A program made the translations under genes and the position numbers. Below, one piece after another: positions 41,410 to 51,980 of a stretch of 64,000 nucleotides of DNA (positions are counted from its first letter, which is position 1; every line of letters starts with the position of its first letter). The stretch is from the NCBI GenBank assembly GCA_963847185.1, contig CAWJYV010000008.1, forward strand, positions 64,001 through 128,000, written 5' to 3'. The stretch comes from an uncultured Methanosarcinaceae archaeon (GTDB taxonomy: Archaea > Halobacteriota > Methanosarcinia > Methanosarcinales > Methanosarcinaceae). The notes under the pieces are model-generated. The model had not been told where the DNA came from and did not search any database. It was given only the letters and a program-made list of their open reading frames with translations.

Positions 41410-43437
41410 TCAGCGGTGCCTGACTACGCAATTTGAAAGCCCGACTATCTCTACGATGTCACTGTTATCAGGAGAATGGATAATCATCTGTCCTTTTTTA
41501 AGATAGGGGATTCTCCGCTCGTATTCCTTCGGAACTTTCAGGGATGTGATAGCTGCGTCGTTGTTAAGGTTAAGGATAAGTTTCGTGTTAATCTGTTTCA
41601 AAACAGTATCATCGATATCCTGAGGGTCCTGCGTAATCAAAAAAAGACCCAGTGCTTCTTTTCTGCCCTGGCGGGCTGCATCTGCAAAACGGGAGATAAT
41701 CAGGCGGGCGTGTTCCCCGTTTGCCTTTGAAAGGTAGCGGTGAGCTTCATCCAGCGCAAGAATGATTGGAGTCTCCTTGATTTCATCTTTCCCGGTTGTA
41801 CTGAGCTTGTTGTCCACTATCAGGCTCATAATTGTAAGCACTATAAGGTCTCGGATTCTGGTATCGCTAATAAATTCAGTTGGGAAAACCGAAATCTGCC
41901 CTGGTTTAAAGATTTTTTCCAGAATGTCGGTAATTGGGGCTGCATCCTGATCAAAGACTTTCGAGAAAGAGGAACTTTTCACTCTCCTGACAATCCCGTC
42001 ATAGGAAGACTCGTGAAGTTTCCCGCTATCAACATAATAAGAACGAGTACCTTCGTTGTTGATATGGGTAATGAAATTGAGATAAGTATGGGGCGTACTT
42101 GACTTGAAGAAGTCTCCAAGAAGAACTTCGAGTCCTATGTACTGGAGTTCTGACATTCCAACTGCTGCAATTATCCAGGGATTATTCTTTACAAAAGAGA
42201 AAGGAATAGTAAACTCGGTTTGTACCGCCCTTGACTTATCTCCTGGGTATCTTTGCCCAGCTACCTTTGCTATAAAAGCTTTTGTAGACTGGATGCGGCC
42301 GTAGTTTACTTTTTCAGACTCGAACCTGAATTTATCTTCTTCTGTCAAGGTCTCGTTATCCTCAAAAAGCTGAGAGTATTCGTCCTGAGGATCCATTATT
42401 ACCAGGCAGGGATTTTTCCTGGCTTTATCAGGGGAACTCCGCAGTTTGTACCTGTTATATTCGGCCATGAACTGGCGGAGGATATTTTTGGAAAGGAAGG
42501 TCTTTCCTGTCCCTGTGCTCCCGCAGATAAGCATGTGCCTGAAAATAAGGGGATCGCCCATAGAATAGTCATTTCTGAGGTAATATGCAACTGTTTCTGG
42601 CTCGGAATGAGTTTTTACGAGTTCTCCCCCGACACTCAAATGCCCGAGGAAAACGCCTTCTTCAGGAATATTGAGCCCTGTCTGGACTTCAAGCCTGTCC
42701 GTAACAGGCAGGATAGGAGTGTTCGGGCGGGGAATTCTGTCTGCCATCCTGCGGGTGAGTACTCCATCCGTTTTCTTATATAAAATACAGAGAGGGTCAA
42801 GACAGGCAAGAAACTTGTAGTCTGCTTCGTTTATAGGGCTTGCACGGGCACTGAGCATTCTTCTTGAATGGATTTCCGTTGCATCGTCCACTGCAAACTC
42901 CTGGCGGTACTGGAGTTTTCCTACCCTGGCAAAGAGTTTTTCTTCACTTTCATAGGGTACAACCACATAAGTTCCAAGCCTGATCTCATTCCTTCTGGCA
43001 GACGTAATGTAGCCTGTAATTACAGCTCCGGAGGGAGTTATTTCCAGAGGTTCTATTCCTGTGGTGACAATCCCGAAGGCTTCTGAAGCCGAAGAAACTT
43101 TTGAGATGCCTTCATCATACCCTGTAAAGTCTTCAAACGGAAGCTCTTCTTCAAAATGCTCAAAAACCGGAGACTCCTGTGAGGTTTCCGGAGATAAAGA
43201 AAAAGATTCGTCAGGTGTAAATGTTTCAGCCTGATCAGTACTGCCTCCAAGGGTATTAACGACTCTATCCCTGGACTTATTTCCAGGATCTTCTTCAGGC
43301 TTTTCTTCTAAATTTTTTCCTTCAGGGGCTTTTTTTAAGTTTACATTTTCTCCTGCTCCCGAATTCATTTGAGGAGCCAGATCTTTTTTCTGTCTGTTTG
43401 CTACAAAAGCCAGAATATCGGCATCTTCATATTTCAT
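41410..43437 (-). CDS. herA: HerA/FtsK-family ATPase (DUF87) with acidic N-terminal extension
   Basis: HAS-barrel region, GSTGTGKT Walker A, LALDEAH Walker B, RQGRK and ITQ.P; overlaps the nurA stop. Confidence 0.85.
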   Translation of the reverse strand: MKYEDADILAFVANRQKKDLAPQMNSGAGENVNLKKAPEGKNLEEKPEEDPGNKSRDRVVNTLGGSTDQAETFTPDESFSLSPETSQESPVFEHFEEELPFEDFTGYDEGISKVSSASEAFGIVTTGIEPLEITPSGAVITGYITSARRNEIRLGTYVVVPYESEEKLFARVGKLQYRQEFAVDDATEIHSRRMLSARASPINEADYKFLACLDPLCILYKKTDGVLTRRMADRIPRPNTPILPVTDRLEVQTGLNIPEEGVFLGHLSVGGELVKTHSEPETVAYYLRNDYSMGDPLIFRHMLICGSTGTGKTFLSKNILRQFMAEYNRYKLRSSPDKARKNPCLVIMDPQDEYSQLFEDNETLTEEDKFRFESEKVNYGRIQSTKAFIAKVAGQRYPGDKSRAVQTEFTIPFSFVKNNPWIIAAVGMSELQYIGLEVLLGDFFKSSTPHTYLNFITHINNEGTRSYYVDSGKLHESSYDGIVRRVKSSSFSKVFDQDAAPITDILEKIFKPGQISVFPTEFISDTRIRDLIVLTIMSLIVDNKLSTTGKDEIKETPIILALDEAHRYLSKANGEHARLIISRFADAARQGRKEALGLFLITQDPQDIDDTVLKQINTKLILNLNNDAAITSLKVPKEYERRIPYLKKGQMIIHSPDNSDIVEIVGLSNCVVRHR

Positions 43438-44776
43438 TGATCTTACTCCACCGGGTGTCATTATAAGTGATATCTGGGTTCATATTTTCAAAGAATTTGT
43501 CTATTTCTTCCCTTTCTACTTTTCTTATTTTTGCGAGATAATCTGCCTTCGTGAGGGTGAGGGGAAAACCATTTAGAGAGAGGTCAAAAAGCACTTTTTT
43601 GGTAATCTGCATGCGCAGGAAATCATCTTTAATAAGCCCGTAAGGAGCTTCTACCTTAAAAATCACATCTTTTGAAGGCACGTAAAGCATGAAAAAACAG
43701 AGAGCATAATCTTCAGGCGAAAACTTGTGCCTGAGCTTTTGCTGGAGCGTATCCCCGGCTGCAAGAGGGGAAGTTCCGTTGAGCATTCTCTCGTAGAACC
43801 TGTTGGGCTGAATGAACCAGTTAGTATAAGTGATATAGGTATTTCTGGAGCCGTTATATTTGCCGTTTTTCCCGTTATTTTTCGAGTTATTTCCCCCATT
43901 TCCCCCATTTCCATTTCCTGATATGCTGTTAACTTTCTCAGGGGAGAGAAGGTTTCGGAAAAACTGGGCATCAAGCATCCAGGGGAGATCAAAAGCTTCT
44001 TTTTTCTTCCGGACGCTGTCCATGATCTGCATATCAGTGGGGTTTTTTACAAACCCGATTAAAGGCTGCTTCTTTTCCAGAAAATGGTCCATTATATCAA
44101 TGTAGTTCTGGAGGATTTTTCGGGCGTTTTCGTTACGCCGAATTTTGACTTCCTCGTCGTTCAGGACCATCCAGTACATGAGCTGTTTAGGATAAATCGG
44201 TCCGTCCATTATGAAAAAACTTTCAGGCTCTATCATGTCTTTCATGAAAAGAATATGCTCGGACTCTGCCATATACATGGCAAAGCTATGCACCATATCA
44301 GGTGCTTTTCGCTTCAGTTCGTCAGGAGCAATCGTAACCAGCTTTGCCCTTCCGAGTTCTTCGTCAAAGTTTTCCCAGCCTGATGTTGCCTGCATGGCTA
44401 TCCTCTGGGAAGAAGAATAAGCAGCACACACTATTGTCCTGTGCCTCTGGACATCAAGATCAGTAGGTGTTGCAGCCAGCCCGCAGTGGCAAAAATCCAC
44501 AAAAAGTCCGCTGTCATATGTCCTTGGATTTGTACTCCCGCTGTCGCAGGCATAAGTTACAGGATAAGGATCTTCTCCCTGAGCCATTAGCTCGGTCCTG
44601 ACAACCCCTCTAAAGAGCCTGTCCACAGCCTTCAGGATGACCTTCCCGTCGATTTTCAATTCCTCAAGGAGACAATAAATATCCGTTGCCGTTTTTGTCT
44701 CCTCAAGCTCAAATGAACGATCAATCCTCTTTGCAAGCTCAGAGATTTTATGCATATGCACAGGCTCAAGAGTCAT
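43427..44776 (-). CDS. nurA: NurA-family nuclease
   Basis: ACDSGS, MDGPIY, GFVK and LTKADYLAKI; coupled to herA. Confidence 0.8.
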   Translation of the reverse strand: MTLEPVHMHKISELAKRIDRSFELEETKTATDIYCLLEELKIDGKVILKAVDRLFRGVVRTELMAQGEDPYPVTYACDSGSTNPRTYDSGLFVDFCHCGLAATPTDLDVQRHRTIVCAAYSSSQRIAMQATSGWENFDEELGRAKLVTIAPDELKRKAPDMVHSFAMYMAESEHILFMKDMIEPESFFIMDGPIYPKQLMYWMVLNDEEVKIRRNENARKILQNYIDIMDHFLEKKQPLIGFVKNPTDMQIMDSVRKKKEAFDLPWMLDAQFFRNLLSPEKVNSISGNGNGGNGGNNSKNNGKNGKYNGSRNTYITYTNWFIQPNRFYERMLNGTSPLAAGDTLQQKLRHKFSPEDYALCFFMLYVPSKDVIFKVEAPYGLIKDDFLRMQITKKVLFDLSLNGFPLTLTKADYLAKIRKVEREEIDKFFENMNPDITYNDTRWSKINEI

Positions 44777-44983
44777 GAATAAAAGATACTTTAAACAGTA
44801 ATATATATTTGTTGAGTGAAAAAGAGAAGATGCAGTACTGTTTGAAAGAGATTGATTAGGACTCCTAAACAGATTACTTACGAAGAAGCAACTAAAAAAT
44901 TGTTTAATCAAATTCAGAATACTAGATTACCTTTTAATCCAAGTTACTGGATTTACTTTTACTTATAATCCACATTGCTCGGT

Positions 44984-45355
44984 CTACTTTTGCTTCTTTT
45001 TACTTTTTATCTCGTCTCTTACCTCTGTCAGTTTACCACGAGCGTGATTATATTCATTTTTTAAATTTCCGATATCTTCCGGCACTGTTTTCATCCTTGC
45101 CTCTACCAGTTCTCTCATCTGTTCATTTTCGATCTCATCAGATAACTTACAGCTTAAATCTTCTTTAATTTGTCCTATTTCTTCAATATATTCATTGAAT
45201 TTATCGACTGAGTCTGTCATCTTTAGTTCTCTAGCCACAGCTTCCAGACTCTCTAATTCATCGATTAGAGCATCTGCGTTCCTATCCAAATCGTTCATTT
45301 TCTGTTCTAACTTAATTAATCTAGACATCATATCCTGTTCAGTTAATTCAGACAA
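44984..45355 (-). CDS. Hypothetical coiled-coil protein
   Basis: TTG start after a G-rich RBS; heptad-rich E/K/L composition. Confidence 0.7.
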   Translation of the reverse strand: MSELTEQDMMSRLIKLEQKMNDLDRNADALIDELESLEAVARELKMTDSVDKFNEYIEEIGQIKEDLSCKLSDEIENEQMRELVEARMKTVPEDIGNLKNEYNHARGKLTEVRDEIKSKKKQK

Positions 45356-45551
45356 CCCCTTTTCCCCCTTAAATTTTCAATTATATGCTCTGTTCTACGT
45401 TCTCCAAGTGAAAATGAATAGTATGTCCGGTTCATTTCTCAGTATAAGGTTAAGGATTTAATTCCCGTGCTCTTCCCAGAAAGAATCACTTATTAGATTG
45501 AGTTCCCGAGTATTATAATTTAAGGAAAATAAAAAATTAAATTGGAGAAAT

Positions 45552-46049
45552 CTATTTCGGAACTCCACCTTTCCAGGAGAATTTATTTTTAGGTTTTCTC
45601 TCAAACTTTTCAAAAAGCTCTGGGGAAAGCCCAGGGTACTTTGCATCTTCAAGCGGGATGCAGAACATCCTTTTTGGCTTTCTGGCTTTGCCACCGAGCC
45701 CTATTACTACATAAAAGGGGATTCTATTGTCCATTGCAAAAGTTCTGTAGCGGCTCAGCTGTTTTGGGGTTGACCACTGGATTTTGCCTTTAAAAAGCTT
45801 TGACCTGAACTTGCATTCTACACAGAAAATTTCATTGGTACGTCTGTGGCGGAATACAAGGTCCGGGCCGCAGTCGGATTCTACGAATCTGGAGTGTTTT
45901 CTTGCCATATCTGTTGTCCACTGCACAACAGAAAAGTTTTTTTCATCGAAGAGGTCTACCACATACCTTTCGAAATCGTCTCCTTTTTGTTCGGACTCGT
46001 TTTCAAAAATTACACCAATAATTTCTCTCAGCTTTCTGAACAGACCCAT
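45552..46049 (-). CDS. PD-(D/E)XK restriction-endonuclease-like protein
   Basis: KGDDFERYV, PDLVF, VECK and downstream QL..Y motifs; GGTG RBS. Confidence 0.7.
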   Translation of the reverse strand: MGLFRKLREIIGVIFENESEQKGDDFERYVVDLFDEKNFSVVQWTTDMARKHSRFVESDCGPDLVFRHRRTNEIFCVECKFRSKLFKGKIQWSTPKQLSRYRTFAMDNRIPFYVVIGLGGKARKPKRMFCIPLEDAKYPGLSPELFEKFERKPKNKFSWKGGVPK

Positions 46050-46362
46050 AGTTACACCACTATTGTTTTTGTGAAAATAGCGGAATATTACAATATATTT
46101 TATAAATGTGATGGTTTGAATGAGGGTTTGAGTGAGGGTTTGAGTGGAGGAAAAGAAGTGAATTGAGTGTTAAAACATGAAAAAAACCTGAAGGAGTTTT
46201 TCATGAATCAAATATGTTCCAGGCTTTTATATAAGTTTCAAGTTCTGATATGAATTTCTAAGAAAAACTTAATCTAAAAAAAGGGCATACTATATTTGGG
46301 AGAAATATAAGACTTAACTAAAATAATCATAGATATTAAAAAAATCACTGGATTCTACGCCT

Positions 46363-47367
46363 ATGGGGAGATGGCCGAAGAATTATCAGGATAAGCTGAT
46401 AACACCTGAAAGGGCAGCTGAGCTTATAGAAGAAGGCTGGAAGAGAGCAGATTTGCATGTACATACAGCCTGCTCCTTTGATGTGCTTCCTGCAAGAGAA
46501 CTGTGTCCTGAGAGCCTTTATAAAAAATCTCTGGATCTTGGCATGGATTTTGTTACATTTACCGACCATAACACAGTGGAAGCTTACGAAATTCTTGGAT
46601 GGGACCATGAAAAACTTGTCCCTGGGGTTGAAATAAGCATCTATGATGCGGAATTTGCAGGACACTCTCTCCATGTCAATGTTTTCGAGCTTGACAGGGA
46701 GGAGTTTTTAGAACTAAGCGAGATTTCCAAAGTAGAACGTGACCTGAAAGATTTTATCAGATACCTCAAACGGCACAAATTGCCTTTCATTTATAATCAT
46801 CCATTCTGGTTCGAATTCCATAAGGAACCGAATCCTTCTGCAGTACCCAGGCTGGCAAAACTCTTCCCTGTACTGGAGTACAACATGAACGAGCTCAGGC
46901 AAAAAAACGAGGCTACAATAGCTCTTGCAAAGAAATTCGGAAAAGGAATTGTGTCAACCAGTGATACACATACAGGGCAGTTAGGAAAGGTTTATACTCT
47001 GGCAAAGGGAGAGAATTTCAGAGAATTTTTCAGAAACATAGAGAAAGGAAAAAGCTACATCGTTTCTGAAGACCTGACAAGGGAGTTCTTGATCGAAGAA
47101 ATGAATATCTGGATAGATCTTATCTTTGAAAAAAGCCCGAAAAATAAGGATATCAAAACTTTTCTGACAGGAGTAAAATCTCTGGACACAATGGTCAGGA
47201 TCTCCAGAAGCGCCCTTTTAAGTTACTCTCCTAAACTCAACAGAACTGCAATGAATCTGCTCTATATGATCTCAAACACAGGGCTTCCGGCTTCAGTCTA
47301 TCTCTATTCGGAAGAAAACCTGGCAAGAGAGATCGAAAAACAAATAGAAATAGAAAAGGACGGATAG
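46363..47367 (+). CDS. PHP-domain metallophosphoesterase
   Basis: DLHVHT..S, TDHNT, GVE, NHP and SDTH. Confidence 0.85.
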   Translation: MGRWPKNYQDKLITPERAAELIEEGWKRADLHVHTACSFDVLPARELCPESLYKKSLDLGMDFVTFTDHNTVEAYEILGWDHEKLVPGVEISIYDAEFAGHSLHVNVFELDREEFLELSEISKVERDLKDFIRYLKRHKLPFIYNHPFWFEFHKEPNPSAVPRLAKLFPVLEYNMNELRQKNEATIALAKKFGKGIVSTSDTHTGQLGKVYTLAKGENFREFFRNIEKGKSYIVSEDLTREFLIEEMNIWIDLIFEKSPKNKDIKTFLTGVKSLDTMVRISRSALLSYSPKLNRTAMNLLYMISNTGLPASVYLYSEENLAREIEKQIEIEKDG

Positions 47368-47497
47368 AGAGTAAAAAAGATCTAATAGTAAATAAGGGGT
47401 TTATAATTGCTATTTTGCTACTAAGGCCCTGGGCGAAAAGGAAAAGAATAAAGAAATGATTAAAATTTATATTATGAATTAAAATAAATTTGAAGGA

Positions 47498-48217
47498 TTA
47501 AAAGAAATCCAGAATAGCTTCAGGGCTTTCTAGCACAGTAATTCCCTGCAGCCTTTTTACAATCTCGACATTGCGCATATCCACGTCTCTGACAAGGACT
47601 TCCACAGGTCCTCCTTTGATAGCGCCATAAGGACACAGTTCTTTGCAGATTCCGCAGCCTTTGCATTTCAGGAGTTCTATCTGGTCTGTGAAGCCATTTT
47701 TTTCAGTTATTGCTCTATGAGGGCAATTTTCTCTCGGAGGACAGTCTTCACAGTGCTGACACTGTTTTCTGTCAATATTATAAGGCATTTCCGATACTAT
47801 TGAGCCTTCAATATCCACAGGCACGATATAAACCGGGACTTTACCTTTTACGGCCTGGGCAACAGCGTTGGTTACAAGGGAATCAGCAATTCCGTATGCA
47901 ATTTTCGAAACCGTGTTTGAGGTTGCAGGAGTGACGAAGAGGGCATCATACCTGTCAAGAAGAAAGCGTCCTACTTTTGGAGAACTCGAACCCTGCTCAC
48001 TTTCTCTGAAGATTTCTTCAAGGTAATCTCCTCCTGAGATTTTCACAAGCTTCTGCTCAAGTCCATACATACGCAGTACTTCCTCTGCGGCCCTGGAAAT
48101 ATATGTATTTACGGAAATCTCGGGACTTCTCAGCTTAATTTCCTTAAAAATCTGATAACTGCGGTCCAGAAAGTGACCTGCACCTGTAATACCCCAGGCG
48201 ATTCTATGAAAACTCAT
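47498..48217 (-). CDS. dmrX: Dihydromethanopterin reductase DmrX (AfpA-family flavoprotein with two 4Fe-4S motifs)
   Basis: AWGITGAGH, PATSNTVSKIAYGIADSLVT, CQHCEDC...CP and CKGCGIC...CP. Confidence 0.8.
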   Translation of the reverse strand: MSFHRIAWGITGAGHFLDRSYQIFKEIKLRSPEISVNTYISRAAEEVLRMYGLEQKLVKISGGDYLEEIFRESEQGSSSPKVGRFLLDRYDALFVTPATSNTVSKIAYGIADSLVTNAVAQAVKGKVPVYIVPVDIEGSIVSEMPYNIDRKQCQHCEDCPPRENCPHRAITEKNGFTDQIELLKCKGCGICKELCPYGAIKGGPVEVLVRDVDMRNVEIVKRLQGITVLESPEAILDFF

Positions 48218-48356
48218 GAAAAGAGATCATACCAGAAGAGGATAATATAATTTTCTAAAAAATGGCTCATAATAATGAAAAAAAGAGATTATAAGCTTTA
48301 GTAGTACCTTTAGCCGTAAAGCTGACCAGAACTACAGGGAACCACAGGAAAAGAAT

Positions 48357-49004
48357 TCAAAGCCCCAGCACTTCATAAAGCAACTTCATAGCCTTTTTCT
48401 CACGTTCTCCCCCGCATTTGGAAGAAAGAGTTTCATAGTGTCGGATCAATTCAAGATATTTTTTATCTCCTGAGAGCTGGTAACGGGTTGCATGAACAGT
48501 TGCTTCAAGTACCGCATTAAAACCTCTGTTGGGTACAAGAAGGTCTTTTCGTTTCTCTTCATTGAAACCTGCCTCTATTGGAATAAGATCAGCTACAAGG
48601 GCCTGATCCGTATTCTTAAGATTGACACACTCAAAAATAATCCAGGCTTCAGCCTCTCTGAGGACAGGGAAATCGAATCCGCGCACAGACACATAGTCAA
48701 ACTCGGAAGGTTCAAGGTCGGAAAAAGTTGAACGCACAAAAAGCAAGGGATCGTAAGTTATGTTTGCTGCCAGGTATTTTTCTTTAAGGACATTTGCCCA
48801 GGTATGGCTGCCTTTGAAAAGCCGGACAAAAGGCCTCCCACCCTTTACAATTATTCCTATAGGGGCAGCATTGGGGAATTCCAGGCCTGTGCTTACAATT
48901 GTTTCGGAAATCCCTTCATGGATCCCGAATGAAGAAAGACTAATACGGTTCACAGCAGAAGATTCGGTTTCCTGTTCTGTGCATTCAGAGAAAAGATCGG
49001 TCAA
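48357..49004 (-). CDS. DUF447 family protein
   Basis: ISETIVST..PNAAPIGI, GSHTWAN and NRGFNAVLEATVHATR. Confidence 0.85.
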   Translation of the reverse strand: MTDLFSECTEQETESSAVNRISLSSFGIHEGISETIVSTGLEFPNAAPIGIIVKGGRPFVRLFKGSHTWANVLKEKYLAANITYDPLLFVRSTFSDLEPSEFDYVSVRGFDFPVLREAEAWIIFECVNLKNTDQALVADLIPIEAGFNEEKRKDLLVPNRGFNAVLEATVHATRYQLSGDKKYLELIRHYETLSSKCGGEREKKAMKLLYEVLGL

Positions 49005-50029
49005 AAGCGCAGCCCTCCCAGAAGGGCAATGAAAAGTCCGGCGATAATAATATCTGCTGTTGAACCGGGGTTGATCCTCTTTTTAAGAAGTTCATGGTCA
49101 AAGTTCTGCACTGCAGGTAGCAGTAATGCAAATTCTTTAGTTAAACTGCCTGAAGGCCCTTCCCAGGCAGTTAGAATCTCAGCTGCCCTGGAAGAAACAT
49201 AATCTGCAGTATCTTTATCAAACTTCGTCTGAATGAAAGTATCCCTGTATCTTGAGAGCAGTTTCAAAAAAGCGTACACAATAGCTTCATTAATACCTGT
49301 GCCTGAACAGTTCAAAACTGGTTTTTCTGCTTCCGAATTTAGAGTCTGCATGAACTCAGTTATGATTTTTGCTCCTTCAAGGCAGCGTCTAAAGCCAGAT
49401 GTCCACTCATTTGCTATCAGGTCATACCCACTGGAGATCTCCATAAGGTTGTAAAGCGTAATTCCCTTATCCCTTATTTCGGCTGTTGATTCCGGGTCCC
49501 CAAGGCTGAATTCGTCCACGCTGTTAACTCTGACTCCTGCCACGTTAAAAGCTCTGTAAAACTCAACAGCATCCTCACAATCCGTTGCCTGAACAAAAGT
49601 GTGGGCACGGGAAGCAAGCTCTTCAAGTTCATCTGGTGAAAGTTTTAAGCAAGCTTTGCCACGGGAATCGAATAATTCTCCTGCAGCCATTGAAAGAGGA
49701 ATCAGAAGTAAAAAAGCTCCAAAGTGAGTATTTCCTCCCTGCTGCCAGGCAGAGCTCTCGCAGACTGCACTTCTGAGGAGTGATCCTATCCCACTTCTGC
49801 TTCTTGCAGCCAGTTCGAGGACAGGATAAACACTTACTGAAGAAGCCACAAAATGCTCAAAATAGGTATCAGGATAATTGTGTTCTCTATCAACATTTCC
49901 TGGCTTGGGAGACGCGGAAACCTCAAGCAACATAGCTAGCTGGGCACAGCGGGCAATCATACTCGACACCTGTGGGCTTTCTGTCCCTCCGGAGATGGGA
50001 CAGGAATGGCCAATATTAATCAGACTCAT
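49001..50029 (-). CDS. citG: CitG-like triphosphoribosyl-dephospho-CoA synthase homolog
   Basis: LEVSA.PKPGNV, NTHFG and NPGSTAD. Confidence 0.85.
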   Translation of the reverse strand: MSLINIGHSCPISGGTESPQVSSMIARCAQLAMLLEVSASPKPGNVDREHNYPDTYFEHFVASSVSVYPVLELAARSRSGIGSLLRSAVCESSAWQQGGNTHFGAFLLLIPLSMAAGELFDSRGKACLKLSPDELEELASRAHTFVQATDCEDAVEFYRAFNVAGVRVNSVDEFSLGDPESTAEIRDKGITLYNLMEISSGYDLIANEWTSGFRRCLEGAKIITEFMQTLNSEAEKPVLNCSGTGINEAIVYAFLKLLSRYRDTFIQTKFDKDTADYVSSRAAEILTAWEGPSGSLTKEFALLLPAVQNFDHELLKKRINPGSTADIIIAGLFIALLGGLRF

Positions 50030-51155
50030 TTACCGGAATCCTGGCATGATCCAGTACATATTTTGCCAGTTGCTCCTTTAATTTCATATACTCTACATCA
50101 GAAAGGCCGATTGTGTTTAGTGTACCATCCCTGATCCAGCAGGGTTTGGTGATTTTACAGCACCAGACAAGGCTTCCGAAACAGGTATCTGCTCCGTATT
50201 CCAGCATAGTCCCTTTTGCAAATTCGAATTTTGTCTTGGCAAACTCTTCAGCCGTGTAACCCAGTTTTTTGAATTTTTCGTGTACAGGGCAGGGTTTGAC
50301 AGGCAGGCAACAGAAGGCCAGAGCTCTGAAATCCCCCTCGCTGCAAACGTGCTTGGGAGCGTTATACCAGCCTATTGATTCCTGATAGGAATTGACACTT
50401 TCCACGAGTTCATTTATCAATTCAGGGTTTTGCATGGCTCCCCTGGCAACAGACACCATATCGGCACCTCGGGAAAACATATCCTTTGCTGCCTCAAAAT
50501 CCGTAATTGAATTGTTACCTATAAGGAAGAGTCTCGTAGCATTCCTGTAATTAAGAATCGCATCAAGATCAGCTCCGAAGCCTTCCAGTACAGCATCAAC
50601 ATGTATGATGTCTGCGCCCGACTTATCTATAAGTCTGGCAAGTTCGATATCATCAATGATATTTGCCCTTACTTTTACTGAAAGCACTACTCCGGTTTCC
50701 TTTATTGCCTTGATCCAGGCAGAAAGCTTTGGAAGGTCATTGAGAAGGGCTTCTCCTATTCCGGCCTCGAGCATCTCCGGCTGCTTGCAGTGAGCATTCA
50801 ATTCAAGGATTGCCCCTTCTTCTTTGATGATTTTCGCTGCTTCAATGAGAGGTTCAAGTGTAGTACTCCTGACATTTACAGCTACAGCACTTCCGGAAGT
50901 TACTCTCCGGATTTCATTTTTTATAAGTTCTATAGGTTCATCTGAAATGAACTCTTTTCTACCCCGGGCTACAAGTTTTGATGCAACATCAATTGAAGCT
51001 TTATCCAGATTGAAAGCTCCAAGAACTACCAGCCCGGCATTGCCTGCATACTGATTTGCAAAGGCGCTATCGGCTATACCTGCCATCGGTGCCAGTGCAA
51101 TAGGGTTTTTAAAACGAACATATCCAATATGCAGATCGAACAGACAATCACTCAT
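50016..51155 (-). CDS. Dus-like TIM-barrel flavoprotein fused to methanogenesis marker 9 domain
   Basis: LAPMAGI, ELNAHCKQ and IGNNSI; C-terminal ALAFCC..KPC and TCFGSLVWCCK.TKPC. Confidence 0.85.
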   Translation of the reverse strand: MSDCLFDLHIGYVRFKNPIALAPMAGIADSAFANQYAGNAGLVVLGAFNLDKASIDVASKLVARGRKEFISDEPIELIKNEIRRVTSGSAVAVNVRSTTLEPLIEAAKIIKEEGAILELNAHCKQPEMLEAGIGEALLNDLPKLSAWIKAIKETGVVLSVKVRANIIDDIELARLIDKSGADIIHVDAVLEGFGADLDAILNYRNATRLFLIGNNSITDFEAAKDMFSRGADMVSVARGAMQNPELINELVESVNSYQESIGWYNAPKHVCSEGDFRALAFCCLPVKPCPVHEKFKKLGYTAEEFAKTKFEFAKGTMLEYGADTCFGSLVWCCKITKPCWIRDGTLNTIGLSDVEYMKLKEQLAKYVLDHARIPVNESD

Positions 51156-51494
51156 GTTTTACCTCTTAAAATAAGCCTGGAAACTGACTGAAAAATGATA
51201 TCTATCGTTAGATATTAAAGTAACGATAATCTTCTTTCGGGTAACCTTTGAAGATGGAAGAGCCATCTATATGTTACGGATTACAGCGCATATATATTAA
51301 TATTTGGACACACCTTCAACAGCCAAACTTTAAATAGAGTCTGCGGAATCGTCATACCTGATAAGTGAACTGGTGTAAAAGTAAAAGTATCACTGCACTC
51401 TTGTAGAAATAACCTGTTTCTTAGCTTTTACAGATGACATTTCCCAAAAGAATATATATTACTAAAAATATCTGTGTCCAGTTAATAAGCAAAT

Positions 51495-51857
51495 TGCGAG
51501 AGAGGCTGGACGGCTGACGGGCCTGATGGTCTGAGGAAAGTCTCCCCACCGCTCCGGACACACGAATATCTGTAAAGGATATCGGGCGAGAGCCCGGGCT
51601 CTGGCACAGAAACGATAACCACTCTCTGAAAATGCGATGATGCAAATGCTGAGGTCTCAGGGAAAATGGATGAAACGGCGAATCCTCGTGGGTGCAAGTT
51701 GGAAATTGGGAATAAGATCAGTCCGGAATCTCCCGATTGATTTTGGAAACGCATAGCCGAATGCCGTCACTGCAAGAGTCCTCCAGGAACGTTTCCTTCA
51801 CTGATATGTGAGGAAATTTTTGCAGGAACAGAAGGGAGCTTACATGCCTCACTCGCA
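51495..51857 (+). ncRNA. rnpB: Archaeal RNase P RNA
   Basis: GAGGAAAGTC, GGGTGCAAG and AACAGAAGGGAGCTTA conserved regions; terminal TGCGAG/CTCGCA pairing. Confidence 0.93.
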
Positions 51858-51980
51858 TTAATATTCCTTTTTGTTATTTTATTATTTTATGAAAACCCAA
51901 TTCAATATCATTTTGATTTGGTTAACGAATCTTATGCACAACTTCGAATACCACGTATACCAAATGAATTCAATATTGCT

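Noticed and set aside
47365-47385. Pyl readthrough of the TAG stop of the PHP gene
   Set aside because: Readthrough would add only six residues before TAA; no domain continuation
51421-51754. Short - strand ORFs
   Set aside because: They overlap the RNase P RNA gene
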